From positions 77,624,001 through 77,688,000 of the forward strand of contig OX597814.1 of the NCBI GenBank assembly GCA_951406725.2: a DNA stretch of 64,000 nucleotides. The letters run 5' to 3'. The notes beneath the pieces were generated by a model. That model ran no database searches, was not told the DNA's origin, and saw nothing but the letters and a program-made list of their open reading frames with translations. Below, one piece after another: positions 25,895-38,421 of this stretch. Position 1 is the stretch's first letter; each line of letters begins with the position of its first letter. The DNA is from Octopus vulgaris (taxonomy: Eukaryota). The position numbers and the translations under genes were made by a program.

Positions 25895-25989
25895 CAAGGT
25901 TGAAAGGCAAAGTTGATCTCAGTAGAATTTGAACTTAAAACATAAAACTGGAAGAAATGCTTTCTTACTGCTGATATAATGAAATGCTA

Positions 25990-26430
25990 ACAGAAAAGAA
26001 ATTGTATAAATATACACCAAAACAGGTCTTAGGGAATTAAAATGCAAACAGGCTCAGGGATTTTCCAATCCACACAGAAAGAGAGATCAAGTGTACTGAT
26101 AAGTTATTGTTGTCAAGGATGATCAAAAGAAATGACATATCAGTCCCAACAAACAATAATGTATCACTAAAAGAAATGGGAAAATTATTCAAATATAATA
26201 ACCTGAAATTAGAAGTAACCAGAATACAGAGATTAAAAATAGATGCAGTCCATATAATAATAGGCACCTTGGGAATGCTTAAAAAATGAAGCAGACCAAA
26301 ATCCCAGGGTTTACATACAGAGTATAGTACAACTAGGCACTGCAAGCAGAGGAATGCGAATACAATAGAAAACACAAAACCAGAATAAAACGTAGCGTAT
26401 ATCCAAAATGCACACAACTGTGCATAGTTA
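25990..26430 (+). mobile_element. R4/Dong-like RLE non-LTR retrotransposon 3' fragment
   Basis: DFPIHTEREIK...DISVPTNNNVSLKEMGKLFKYNNLKLEVTRIQRLKIDAVHIIIGTLGMLKK matches the RLE consensus (D-V-S-I-P...K..KY..L..E...IIIGALG). Confidence 0.75.
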
Positions 26431-27501
26431 CATAGCAAAAACTTACAATATAAATAAAAAAAATAATAATGATTTCTTTTAATAATAACAAAAATGGCAC
26501 CTCTGTTTTATTTTGCACAATATCTTTGTAAAGAAATGGCATCACATATATAGTTCCCCCTAAAATGAAGAATAAAAATAAAATAAAAATGAAGAATAAA
26601 AATAAAAGAAGAATGAAGAATAAATTTATGGTTTCAAATTTTGGCACAAGGCCAGCAATTTTAAGGGGAGAGGGTTACCTGATTATATTGATACCAGTGT
26701 TCAACTTGTACTTATTTTATTGACTCCAAAAGGAAGAAAGGCAAAGATGACTTTGATGGAATTTGATCTTAGAATGTAAAAAGCTGGAAAAAGTGCCTCA
26801 AGTATTTTTTTCAATGCACTAACAATTCTGCCAGCTCTTCATCTTAATGAGGAATAAACAAATGGTTTTAAATTTTGATACAAGGCTAGTAATTTTTTGG
26901 AATGTGTGTGTGTGTGTGTGTGTGTGTGTGGAGAAGTTGATTACATTGACCTCCCAGTGCACAACTGGGGTTTATTTTATCAACCCTAAAAGGATAGAAG
27001 GCAAAGTCAACCTCAAAATGATGGAAGACAAAGTTGATCTTAGCAGAATTTGAACTCAGAATGTACAGATGGATAAAATGCCACTTAGCATTTTGTTTGA
27101 TGTGCTAATGTTACTGCTAGATTGCTGTCTTAATGAAGAATAAAATAATAATCCTTTCTACTAAAGGCACAAGGCCTGACATTTTGGGGATGGAGATAAT
27201 TGATTACATTGACCCCAGTGTTCAACTGATACTTATTTTATCGACTCTGAAAGGATGAAAGACAAAGTCAATCCTGGTGGAAAAAAATATTTATCAAAGA
27301 CACCAGTTTGATTGCAAAAGTGTTTTTCTTTTCTTTTTAATGCTGTCAATAATCATTTAGCACTTTATTTTATTGATCCTCGAGGGTTGAAAGGCAAAGT
27401 TGATCTTGGCAGGATTTGAATCCAGACTATAAAGAGCTGTACCTAAATAACACAAACCATTTCGTCCTATACCATAATGATTCTGCCTATCCACTACCTT
27501 A

Positions 27502-27536
<35 letters not shown>

Positions 27537-28256
27537 ATAATAATAATAATAATCATCATCATCATTTAACATCTGTTTTCCATGCTAGCATGGTTTGGAT
27601 GGTTCGACTGAGGTCTGGGAAGCCAGGAGGCTGCGCCAGACTCCAGTCTGATCTGGCAGTGTTTCTACAGCTGGATGCCCTTCCTAACGCCAACTACTCC
27701 GTGAGTGTAGTGAGTGCTTTTTATGTGCCACCAGCACAGGGGCCAGAGGAGGCTGGCAAACGGCCACAATCAGTTGGTGCTTTTTACGTGTCACCGACAC
27801 AGACACCAGTCAGGCAGTGCTGGCATCAGCCACATTCGGATGGTCATTTTTACATGCCACTGGCATGGGTATCTTAACTACAATTTCCATTTGATTTTTA
27901 TTTTGATGTTGGTGTTGACATACTTGACTCAGTAGGTCTCCTCAAGAACAGTGGGTCACTCTATAATCCAAGGTTAGCACAGCATGCTGTCCTGCGAGCC
28001 ATGAGCCAATAATAATAATAATAATAATAATAGTAACAACAACAATGACAACAATAACAGTAATAATAATAATGGTTTATGATTTACATAGATGACCAGC
28101 AATTTTAGGGAGGTGTCAGTTGATACCATCAAATGCAGTGTATGACTGATGTTTTATTTGATTGTCCCTGAAAGGATAATAATGACCAATGGTATTTTGA
28201 TGTTACTCACTATGACTTCTATCAGCTGTTTGCATCTCTATTTTGGAACTCACATC

Positions 28257-28309
28257 TTGTCCTGAAGATTGATCTACTGAAAGCTGCCTAGAGACATGTA
28301 ACCAGACAA
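28257..28309 (+). ncRNA. Degenerate hammerhead-like motif
   Basis: TTGTC-CTGAAGA-...-GAGAC-AT-GTA-accaGACAA; GAAA is mutated; palindromic ACATGT stem III. Confidence 0.4.
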
Positions 28310-28653
28310 ATGATCTCTTTCATTCACTTAATATATCTTGTACATCTTGTCCTCATAGGAAGTGAGACATTAAAGTTTTGATGTGTAGCAGCTGACATGG
28401 TAAAGTCCCACAAGATTAGCCACCATTTCCACTCCAATAACTTTGATGACCTTTTTGAATTCAATGTCTCTACCACTAATGGCCATGCTAATAAAATCTA
28501 GAAACATGTGTAGTAAAAAGTTTGGTTCATAACCATATGGTTCTGGGTTCAGTTCCACTGCATATCACCTAGGGCAAGTGTCTTCTACTATAACCTTGGG
28601 CCAAACAAAGTCTTGTGAGTGGGTTTGGTAGACAGAACTGGAAAGAAACCCAT

Positions 28654-28777
<124 letters not shown>

Positions 28778-29995
28778 TGTGTGTGCATCTATGTGTGTGT
28801 CTTTGTGTCTGTGTTTGCTGCCACCACTGCTTGGCAACCAGTGTCTGTGTGTTTACATTCCTGTAACTTAGCAGCTTGGCAAACGAGACCAATAGAATAA
28901 GTAACAAGCTTAAAAAAAAGTAAGTACTGGGGTTGATTTATTTGACTAAACTTCTTGAATGTGGTGCCCCAGCATGGTTGCAGTCTAATGACTAAACAAG
29001 AGCTTAAAATATTAAACAACACAACACCCAGAACTTTACACTCAGATTTGTTGGAACAAAGAATGAGATACCCACATCAGTCATTAACTAATAGGGCAAT
29101 GTGTCCTTCAAAAATTTAATACTTTCCTAATCTATTAACTATTCATTCTACTCTTGACCTACCTAAGTATTCTTTTCTTCTTTGAGGCTCTTTTGTGATC
29201 CTATTTTTTTGTTTGTGTTGTGTTATATTCTGAGTACATTGTATATATATTTCATTATTGTCTTCCTTTATTCACATGTTTTACTATTGCAGTTGGTCTC
29301 CCCTTTTCATCTTTTCTGAGGAGTTGTACTACATTTGAGCACTATATGCAACACACTTGATATTATTATTATTATAGTACTGATATAATAAAATGAGGGA
29401 AAAGAATTAAAACTTCTGAAATGGAAATGTTAACGATCAGACATAAGCAGCTATTCAATACAATGGACGATGAAGAACCTAACCAGCTATATGACATGCA
29501 ACAACACACACACACAAGCTATACAACAGACAGTCAAATATCCAGCAATCTGGAAATATAAGAAGCTGTACAGCAGCCAGTTGGGTACCTATACAGCTAT
29601 ATCATGGACAATCAAATAGGATAAGTTATACAATACATAATCAGATACATAATTAGCTACACCAGAGACCATCAGATATCTAATCGGCTGCTATACCATA
29701 TACAATGAGGTAACATAAGAAGCTCTGCAACAGGCAACTTAAACAGCTACATTGCAAATAATAAAGCATATAGCTTCTTACCAAGGACCTTGGTAACAAG
29801 GTGTTTCACTATCAAGTACAAAATGCTACAAACAAAAGATATGTAATGAACAAACACATGACAACAAATACATGGTAATTATGATGACAATTACTTAAGC
29901 AAAAAAGAACAAAAAAAAAACCAAGAACACAACAAGCAATCATTTGTGTTTGAATGGCAATGTGGTACACATTAATTAAGTATATAAGTAGGTAC

Positions 29996-30342
29996 ATCAT
30001 CATCATCATCATCATCATCATCGTTTAACGTCTGTTCTCCATGCTAGCATGGGTTGGACGGTTCGACCGGGGATCTGGGAAGCCAGAAGGCTACACCAGG
30101 CTCCAGTCTTATCTGGCAATGTTTCTACAGCTGGATGCCCTTCCTAACGCCAACCACTCCGTGAGTGTAGTGGGTGCTTTTTACGTGCCACCTGCACAGT
30201 TGCCAGGCGAGGCTGGCAACGGCCACGGTCGGATTGGTGCATTTTACATGCCACCGGCACGGAAGCCAGTCGAGGCGGCACTGGCATTGGCCACGATTCG
30301 GATAGTGCTTTTTACGTGCCACCAGCATGGAAGCCAGTCGAG
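29996..30342 (-). repeat. RTE 3'-tail repeat (truncated LINE or RTE-mobilised SINE)
   Basis: Reverse complement of the 6060-6240 tail including (GAT)n; further copies at ~9820-10095, 14250-14370, 16800-17000(-), 27555-27870(-) and 60630-60860(-). Confidence 0.75.
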
Positions 30343-30349
30343 GTACATA

Positions 30350-32100
30350 ACAAAAAATTGTAAACTGAATGACCAACCCTGCAATTTTTGCAAGATCATC
30401 ATCCAAAATGTGAAGGACTTCTCTAAGTATTGTACAGCTAAAAGAAATGTCCCATTTATCAAACTGCAGCCAGTCCTTCTGGTCTCTTAACAAAAGAATC
30501 TCTAATAATTTTGTGGAATTCTCCTTTCCTTCATTTCTCAATCATAATGTCTCTGTTAGCAGGACTCCAATGGAAAAAAATCCCTCATATTAATTCACTG
30601 CTTTGCATCCAACTCCACACTGCACATGCTCCACTTTAGTAAATTTAAAACATTATTCCTTTCCATTTTCCAGACTCATCCATGCATGCATAAATGCTAT
30701 TTTGTAAATTTACATTTGGTCACATCAAAGCAACAAAGCCACCATCTTTGATGATGTACATTCTATTCTGCTTAAACAATGCACCCAGACTAGCTCTCAT
30801 TTTCACTATACTTTTTAATCTCTCTCCCTCACTCTCTTTTCCCAGAAATATGTTTTGATGTTTGGAAACATACTACATTCTGTAAAAAGAGCAACCCCTC
30901 TAACCCTGCCAAATATTGTCCTATCACACTTCCAACATTTGTAAGGTAATGGCAATAGCTATTTACAACCTTCTTCTCCAATACCTTCAGTTTCTCTATC
31001 CACTAAATAACCACAAGTACAGCCTCCATAAAACTACATCAAAAGAGACCCTTTTCTGTTCCATAACAGTGATTCCTTAATCATGAGAAATCTGGTGAAA
31101 ACGGTGTTGTTGTGCCCAACATCAGCAAGGTATTTGATCATGTCTAATGTACAAATCTCTTAGTAAGTAGACCTTTTCTGCCTCTTTGCATATAGTTTGC
31201 ATCTTTTGGATCTATAACTTTTGTCAAATTGCACTGTTGAGATATGCACTGAAGGAGCTTCCTCTGACTTACACTCTATTGATTCTGATGTGCCAAAAAG
31301 TTTGGTGCTCATCTTAAATTTTTTCTCCTGTAGCCCAATGTCCTACTTGCTGTTGCCTCGAATAATGGCCATTCTTATGTGGATGATACTGCCCTTCCAC
31401 CCTCTCTAAACATTCTCATACAAATGTGATGCACATACCTCGTTTCAAACCTGCAAATTAGATACTTTGCTTCAAACCTGCACTGATTCCATGAGCAAAA
31501 ACTTTGAAAACATCCTCCAATAGGATTATGTAAATTTTATCTCCTTCAATTGCACAATGACATAACAATTACACGTTTAGAAAACAGTATTATATCCTAC
31601 CCCTAAGCACGAACAGTACTCAAATAGAATCCTCAAGTTCACTGAAGATCTCTCCTGGCAAACACACATCCTTCATATCACAAAAACTAGCTTTTTTCTT
31701 CAGGACCAGAAAATAGACAAAGCTCAGCTGAAGGGCCCACAGCAGAATACTAATCTTACATCTAGGACAGTACTGCCTCTACTCCCACAGATATCTTAGA
31801 TTGCATAAAAAAAGAGGTCACCTATCTGACTGGCAAGAAATTACTTCTCAACACTCTCTAATATCCTTCCCACAGATGCAGTGTCATCTCTCTATTTTTA
31901 TATCACTACTACAATGGTCTCTAGCAATTGAAATTGGTTGGTCTAGAACAACAACTGCTCAGACTATCCTGACTCGATCATTTCTCTTTTTCTCATTACC
32001 CACGTTTATCCATCCACATTATTCACTACACCTATTCCTTCTCCTGCAGAACATCTGCCTTCTAGAATTCCCTCCTTGGTTATATTTTCCCCAAAATAGT
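30350..32100 (+). mobile_element. Highly decayed LINE (CR1/L2/Jockey-like) RT region
   Basis: Remnant motifs NISKVFD (~31120), SDVPKSLVL (GVPQGSVL position, ~31285), YVDDT (~31377), LSWQTHI and AQL.GP..EY..IW-like sequence near 31720. Confidence 0.55.
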
Positions 32101-33800
32101 TAACTTGTGTCTATTCAAGAGAAACATCAACCATATTGTTCTCCATGACCTTGGAGGGCTTGCGAGTGTCATGGGCTCTTTTTCCACACTAAACAAATCC
32201 AATAAAAAGGTGATTTATGGAATAACTGCCATAAGAAAAATGTATGTGCATAAAACCCTAGGGCATATCAACATGGCTACTTGGTACATATTTCGGTACT
32301 GTAACGGTTGGACACTTAACAAGCAGGTACATGTAACTATTGTTATATAGCAAATAAACACATACAGGCTCGCTATCATCAGGTAGTGAGTTCAATTCCT
32401 GGACCAGGCTGTATGTTGTGCTCTTGAGCAAGACACTTTATTTCATGTTGCTCCAGTTCACTCAGCTGTAGAAATGAGTTGCAACATCACTGGTGCCAAG
32501 CTGTATCAGCTTTTACCTTTCCCTTGGATAACATTTGTGGTGTGGAGGCTGGTATGCATGGGTGACTGTGGGTATTCCATAAAAACAACCTTGCCTGGAC
32601 TTGTGTGTTGGAAGGTAACTTTGTAGGTGCAATCCCATGGTCATTCATGACCAAAGGGGGTCTTTTACATAGGAATTTACTAAATGGTGTGTGGTTTATG
32701 ATTATGAGGTACATGACAACTAAGTGCTTAACAAGAATGCATATAACAACAAAGTTTGTGAGAATTTGGAACATCATATATACATACATAGCTATTGTGT
32801 GTAGCAACCAGGTACATGAAAAAAAAACTGAGTATGTGAATAATAAATAAATAGTAGTTAGATACATAATATGTATCGATTAAGAATACAATAATCCATG
32901 CCTACCCAATGCTACAGTTCCCATGAGGAAAGAATTGCCAATATTGTGGTAGTCGTCAATAACATTCTCTCGGATTTTGAAGCCAATAATGCAAGTTATT
33001 ATCACCTGGAAAAAGAAATAAGAGGGTTTTTTTGTGAAACTGTTTTGAATTTATTTCTTTATGTTTGCATGTTTGGTATCATTTATTTGGTTGAGCAAAA
33101 TTACTTTTACTGTTTGATATCTTTCCTACTCAAGCACAATCAACCACGAAGTAGGAGTACAACGTATATTATTGCTGTTGGGTAAACTGAGTTACGTACC
33201 TTGATCAGGCAGACAACAAGCTGTAAAACCTGAATGTGATACAACACTTTAACCTCAGCCATAACCTTATGGAAAAGTAATTGTTTTCCAGCAGAATGTT
33301 GCTGGGACTATAATCCATAGAGTAAAATAAAATTTAAAAAAACGACAGCTAAAAGATTGCAGTTCTTTCAGCCTCATCATGGTCAGAAACATAAGTGACT
33401 TTTTTGATGGGAATAAAATGATCAAATAGAGCATATTTGACAATAACTGTATGAGAAAGATTGCACAACTCAATGCAGAGCTTATGAATGATGTTATTAT
33501 TTATAACAATATATATTTAATATAGCTTTCAAATAATTTTGAGATTATTACAATTAAGAGAGGTACAACATATACAGTTGAAAACTGAAGGTTTATGTTT
33601 ACAGTATAAGTAGGTCTTGCTCAGTTTTGATGTAGTCAGAATCATACATTCTCTCTTAGAGAGTTTTATATTGTGAAACTGCATTAAAGCTGAATGAAAG
33701 CCTCAACTAATTCTGAGGGTGATATAACCTCAGTTTTAAAGTATTTTAGAGTAATATTCTTAAATAAGCTTAAAAGCTGCCCTATTGGATGGCTTTTAAG

Positions 33801-33925
33801 CTAGTATATAGCTTTTAAGCAACCGACCCCGAATGGGAAGATCTGCAAACAGATCTCTGACTTGTGGAGAATTTGTTGCAATTGCTTCCTCCAGAGTCAT
33901 ATCCCAATGATCATATTCATCGCTA
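33801..33925 (-). mobile_element. Helitron Rep/Hel fragment
   Basis: DEYDHWDMTLEEAIATNSPQVRDLFA resembles the Helitron motif DD.HW..TL.EA....SP.QLR.LFA; ends at CTAG on the minus strand. Confidence 0.5.
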
Positions 33926-34246
33926 AAAATCATGTTAAAAATATTGCCAAAAATAATTGCAGTAATGAAAACACAGGAATCCAAAATTTCAGGAATGCAG
34001 GTCTGGATTTGGCTCAGAATGTTTTTAAGTTACTCACAGAGTAAAGTCGAAAAAGTGTGATACACTGACATTCACATTTATTATATTAGATACGTTTAAT
34101 TCTGGGGAAACTTAATTTCAATTAAAGTGTATTTTATGTATATGTGTGTGTGCGTGTATATATATATATATATATATATATGGCGGTGCCCCAGCATGGC
34201 CACAGCTCATTAGCTGAAACTGGAAAAATCAAAATCAAAATCATAT

Positions 34247-34943
34247 ATACTTAATAAATAGGGTTCAGCAAAGATTTGCTTTACCACATACCGAAATTTA
34301 GAAATAGCAACCAAAAAACGTTAGCTATTTCTTCTATTTTAAAAAGCCAAAATACTTGAAAACAATCACACAGGCAGAGAATTTTCTCCCTGATAACAAA
34401 CTACAGATTTTTTTCTGTAGTAGCTTACTTGAAGACACATGAGGTCGGGCAGGGGAGGGTAATTGAGCCTCATTCATGTTTTGAATTCGGTGGTGCTAAC
34501 ATTGAATATTATCTGTCGGATACCGTTAGGTAGAGAGATATGTTCAATTATTCCAGCACCTTCGAATCCTGAGTTCCTATGCTGAAGAGGAAAACGGTGG
34601 GTAAAGTATAATTATATATTCTTTATTCCAAACCTAATTCCGAAACGCGCGTCCATAGGTGACCAGATATTGATTGATTTTCGTTACTTTTCCTCTCTGC
34701 CTGTGTGATTGTTTTCAAGTACTTTGGTTTTTTTGGGAGTCCCTTTTTAAAGTAGAAGAAATAGCTAACGTTTTTTGGCTGCTATTTCTAAATTTCAGTA
34801 TGTGGTAAAGCAAATCTTTGCTGAACCCTATTTATTAAGTATTACTTAAGTTTACCATGAAATGGTCCTTTTTTCATGCAGAATTCTGCTTGGTGAAATT
34901 ATTAATTAATTCTTAATTAATTAATTTTACCCTTTGTTATTAT

Positions 34944-34945
<2 letters not shown>
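34247..34945 (+). mobile_element. Young non-coding PLE-like element with ~140-bp inverted arms and an intact hammerhead
   Basis: Arm 34247-~34381 is the reverse complement of ~34694-34842, with only ~3 differences in the outer 100 bp; CpGs retained; 3' end abuts (TA)n. Confidence 0.8.
34576..34659 (+). ncRNA. Type I hammerhead ribozyme, intact core (GUC site)
   Basis: CCTATG-CTGAAGA-GGAA...TTCC-GAAA-CGCGC-GTC-CATAGG; perfect 6-bp stem I, 4-bp stem II base, palindromic stem III ACGCGCGT. Confidence 0.9.
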
Positions 34946-34995
<50 letters not shown>

Positions 34996-35375
34996 TATGT
35001 ATTAAAGAAAGTAAAAAAATGTTCAGTATGTTGGCCACAGGAATTTCTGTCAAAGAGACATGGTTAAACAAAGTTGTATATCATCTCCCTCTTTCTCTCT
35101 CTCTTATTATTACTCCCACTGCCACCATCAACACTACTACTTTTAACAAAACATCATCAACTCTCTCTCTCTCTTTTTCTTTCTCTCTCTGTCTTCGCCA
35201 CCACCCTCACCATCTCTATGCCTACTATTACTCTCGTGCCATCATGAGGAATAGTAGAAGTGTCACTGAATAGTGAGACAGGGGAGTCAAAGTGTAACAC
35301 ACTAACACACAGAAATTAGTTTTTGCATTCATTATATGATATTATATTAAGGCGGCAAGCTGGCAGAATCATTAG

Positions 35376-35428
<53 letters not shown>

Positions 35429-35769
35429 GGGCTTCTTTCAGTTTCCATCTACTAAATCCACTTACATGGCTTTAGTTAGCCTGAGGCTATAGTAGAAGAC
35501 ATTTGCCCAAGGTTCCACACAGTGAGATTGAACCTGGAACTATGTGGTTGGGAAGAAAGCTTCTTATCAAACAGCCACATCCTGTTAAGGTGATGTAAAA
35601 AAAAAGAGTTAATCAAAGAGGGAGTGATAGAAGAGCCAGGGTGAGTGAGTGAAGAGAGAAAGAGTATAATTGTAGAAACAGAGTGGTTGGGGAGAAGGTA
35701 GTAGAGGGGAATAATGGAAGATAAATAGAGATACCAACTGCCTGATTACTGATGAAAGAGCGAAGGAGC

Positions 35770-35808
<39 letters not shown>

Positions 35809-37381
35809 TTAGTATTACTCTCTCTAGCCTAATTTTTTTCCCCAGTCTTTGCAAGTCTGTCTATTAGTTTTTATGGCTTTATATATTGTACTATTTCACC
35901 ACCATGTCACATGTGAGGCCTTGTACCAGCCACATATTTGGTCTGTAGTTCTCATCAAGTTGTTCCACCAGAAATTCCTTGTTTTTTTCTCTATTTTATA
36001 AGCCCCTGCCCTGTCTCTACCTCATTTCCATCTATAATATCAACTAGAACTTTTCTGAATCTAAGAGCAAAGCACTTGACTCTTACTTTCAGAGACATTT
36101 CTTTCTCCAAATTGTTGTTTGCCTCCAAGTATATCTAGCTCTAACTCTGAAGTCACTAACAACTAACCTATGTTAGATAGGACATTTTACAACCATTTTA
36201 CAACCATCTGCCCATCACATTTTCTGGTGGAGATAGAGTCTATTTGGGTTTTGTGTTCATCTAATTGGGTGGTTGGCCAGTTTCCTGAAGTTCATATTGG
36301 TTAGCTAATTTGCATTACAGAACTTTAGAAAATCTGATCTTGTATCATATGCATAGCTTCTACATAAATTGGACAAGTGATCATAGTGTTGCTGAATATG
36401 TCCATTGAAATTTCCAGCAGGGACATTCAACTTCATTCATTATTGAGATAGTTTACAGGAAGTCCAAATAAGAATGGTCCTTGTGCCAGCCCAGTTTGTG
36501 GACCATATTTAGAGATAACCAATGACTGGCCAAAGCTTAATTAGTCTATTTGCACAAAATGTTTGAAGAAAAAGTAATACGAATACAACTGCATGATGCT
36601 GAAGAAATGAACATGAAAGATGGAAACCTATATTTGCTGGAAGTAGCAGTGAGATCATTTTGATATTGTTCCTTATGTTGTGAAACAAGAGTGGACACAC
36701 ACGCATGCACATGAATAAAATGAAACAATTGACAAAATAAATAAAGAAATAAAATTATACTCACAGTTAAAGCAAATGCCAAACCCTTCAAGAGGGTGAG
36801 AAATGATACAATTGGTTTAATCAAATGGAGTGCAAATATTATAAATGATGAGAGAACACAGACATAGACAGGCATAATATAAACTTTCCTACAAATAGAT
36901 TTAAAATTAAAATCAAAAGAAGAAACGTATGTAATTTGTAATATTCTGAAGTATATTTTTGACATAATTTTGATATCATGGTTTCAATATCCTGGCATTT
37001 CTAAATGTACTACAATGGTAAGATGTAATTTACCATAATTTAAAAACCTTAAATGCTGGTGTAGCTAAGTAATTAACATTGTCTTGCAACCACACAGCTC
37101 TGGGTTTGATCTCATTGTGTGATACCTTGGGTAAATGTTTTATACTCAGCATGAGCAATGCTTTGTGGATGGAATTGGATCAAAGAATATTCTTTTATTC
37201 TTTTACATGTTTCAGTCATTTGACTATGGCCATGCAGGAGCACCACCTTTAGTTGAGCAAATCAACCCCAAGACTTATTGTTTGTAAGCCTAGTACTTAT
37301 TGTATTGGTCTCTTTTGCTGAACTGCTAAGTTACTGGGATGTAAACACACCAGCATTGGTTGTCAAGTGATGTTAGGGGGA

Positions 37382-37420
<39 letters not shown>

Positions 37421-38365
37421 ACATACACCAGGCTACTTTCAGTTTCTGTCTACCAAATCCACTCACAAGGCTTTGGTCGATCCGAGACTATAGTAGAAGA
37501 CACTTGCCCAAGGTGCCATGCAGTGGGACTGAACCTGCAACCATGTGGCTGGTTAGTGAGCTACTCCTGCATCTGAGCAAAAGGCCATTGTATGTATGTA
37601 TTTATGGATGTGTGTGTGTATGTGCATGTGTATATATATATATATACATATATACTCATACATACACACATATAGATATGTATACATAAACGTATACACA
37701 GTAAAATTGGACCAATGTAAGTTGGACCTTTTTTATATGTATCCATTTTACTTCTAAACATATACACACGCATATATACATGCACGTTTTTCACAGTAGA
37801 GCACTCTGTAAGCATCAGCATAATCTCAGGAAAGCAAAACTTTTCTGATTGTAAATCAATATGTTCACTTTGTTCCTCTTGTACATCTCATCAGTTAGAT
37901 GTATCAGTTTGTATATCTACCCTATTATGATAGACTGCTATTTAAAGCAATGCTTCATAGAAATTTAGCCCTTTTATACAAAATGAAGAAGTGAGTAGCT
38001 ACTGATATTTCTAAATATCCTGTAAGGATATACCATGTGACTATGTGGTAAAAAGCTTGCTTTCTAACCACATGGTTCTGGGTTCAGTCCCACTGCATGG
38101 CACTATGAGCAAGTTTCTTCTACTATAGCCCCAGACTGATCAAAGCCTTATGAGTGAATCTGGTAGTAAGAGCACTAATGAGTAGCACCACATGCTAGAA
38201 ATAGACACCAAATAGCTCTAAGAACTACATTATTTACCACACTGGCACGGGCTGAAAATGAGGAAAATGAACAAAAAGGATTTTTCGTAAATGGTTTAAC
38301 CATAGATCAATGACTGAAACAAGTAAAAGAGATACTCTTAGATAAAGATAGTTATAGCCAGTTTA

Positions 38366-38421
38366 TAGGGTTAGCCAGGGTCCATAAAGTGCTTAGCTTT
38401 ACAACGTCTCATCAGACCCTA
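38366..38421 (-). ncRNA. Hammerhead remnant in the inverted pLTR (GAAA deleted)
   Basis: Minus strand TAGGGT-CTGATGAG-acgttgtaaag...ctttatgg-accctggcta-ACCCTA. Confidence 0.6.

Noticed and set aside
29315-29345. CTGAGGAG motif as a hammerhead
   Set aside because: No downstream GAAA or pairing; more likely a decayed retroelement tail.
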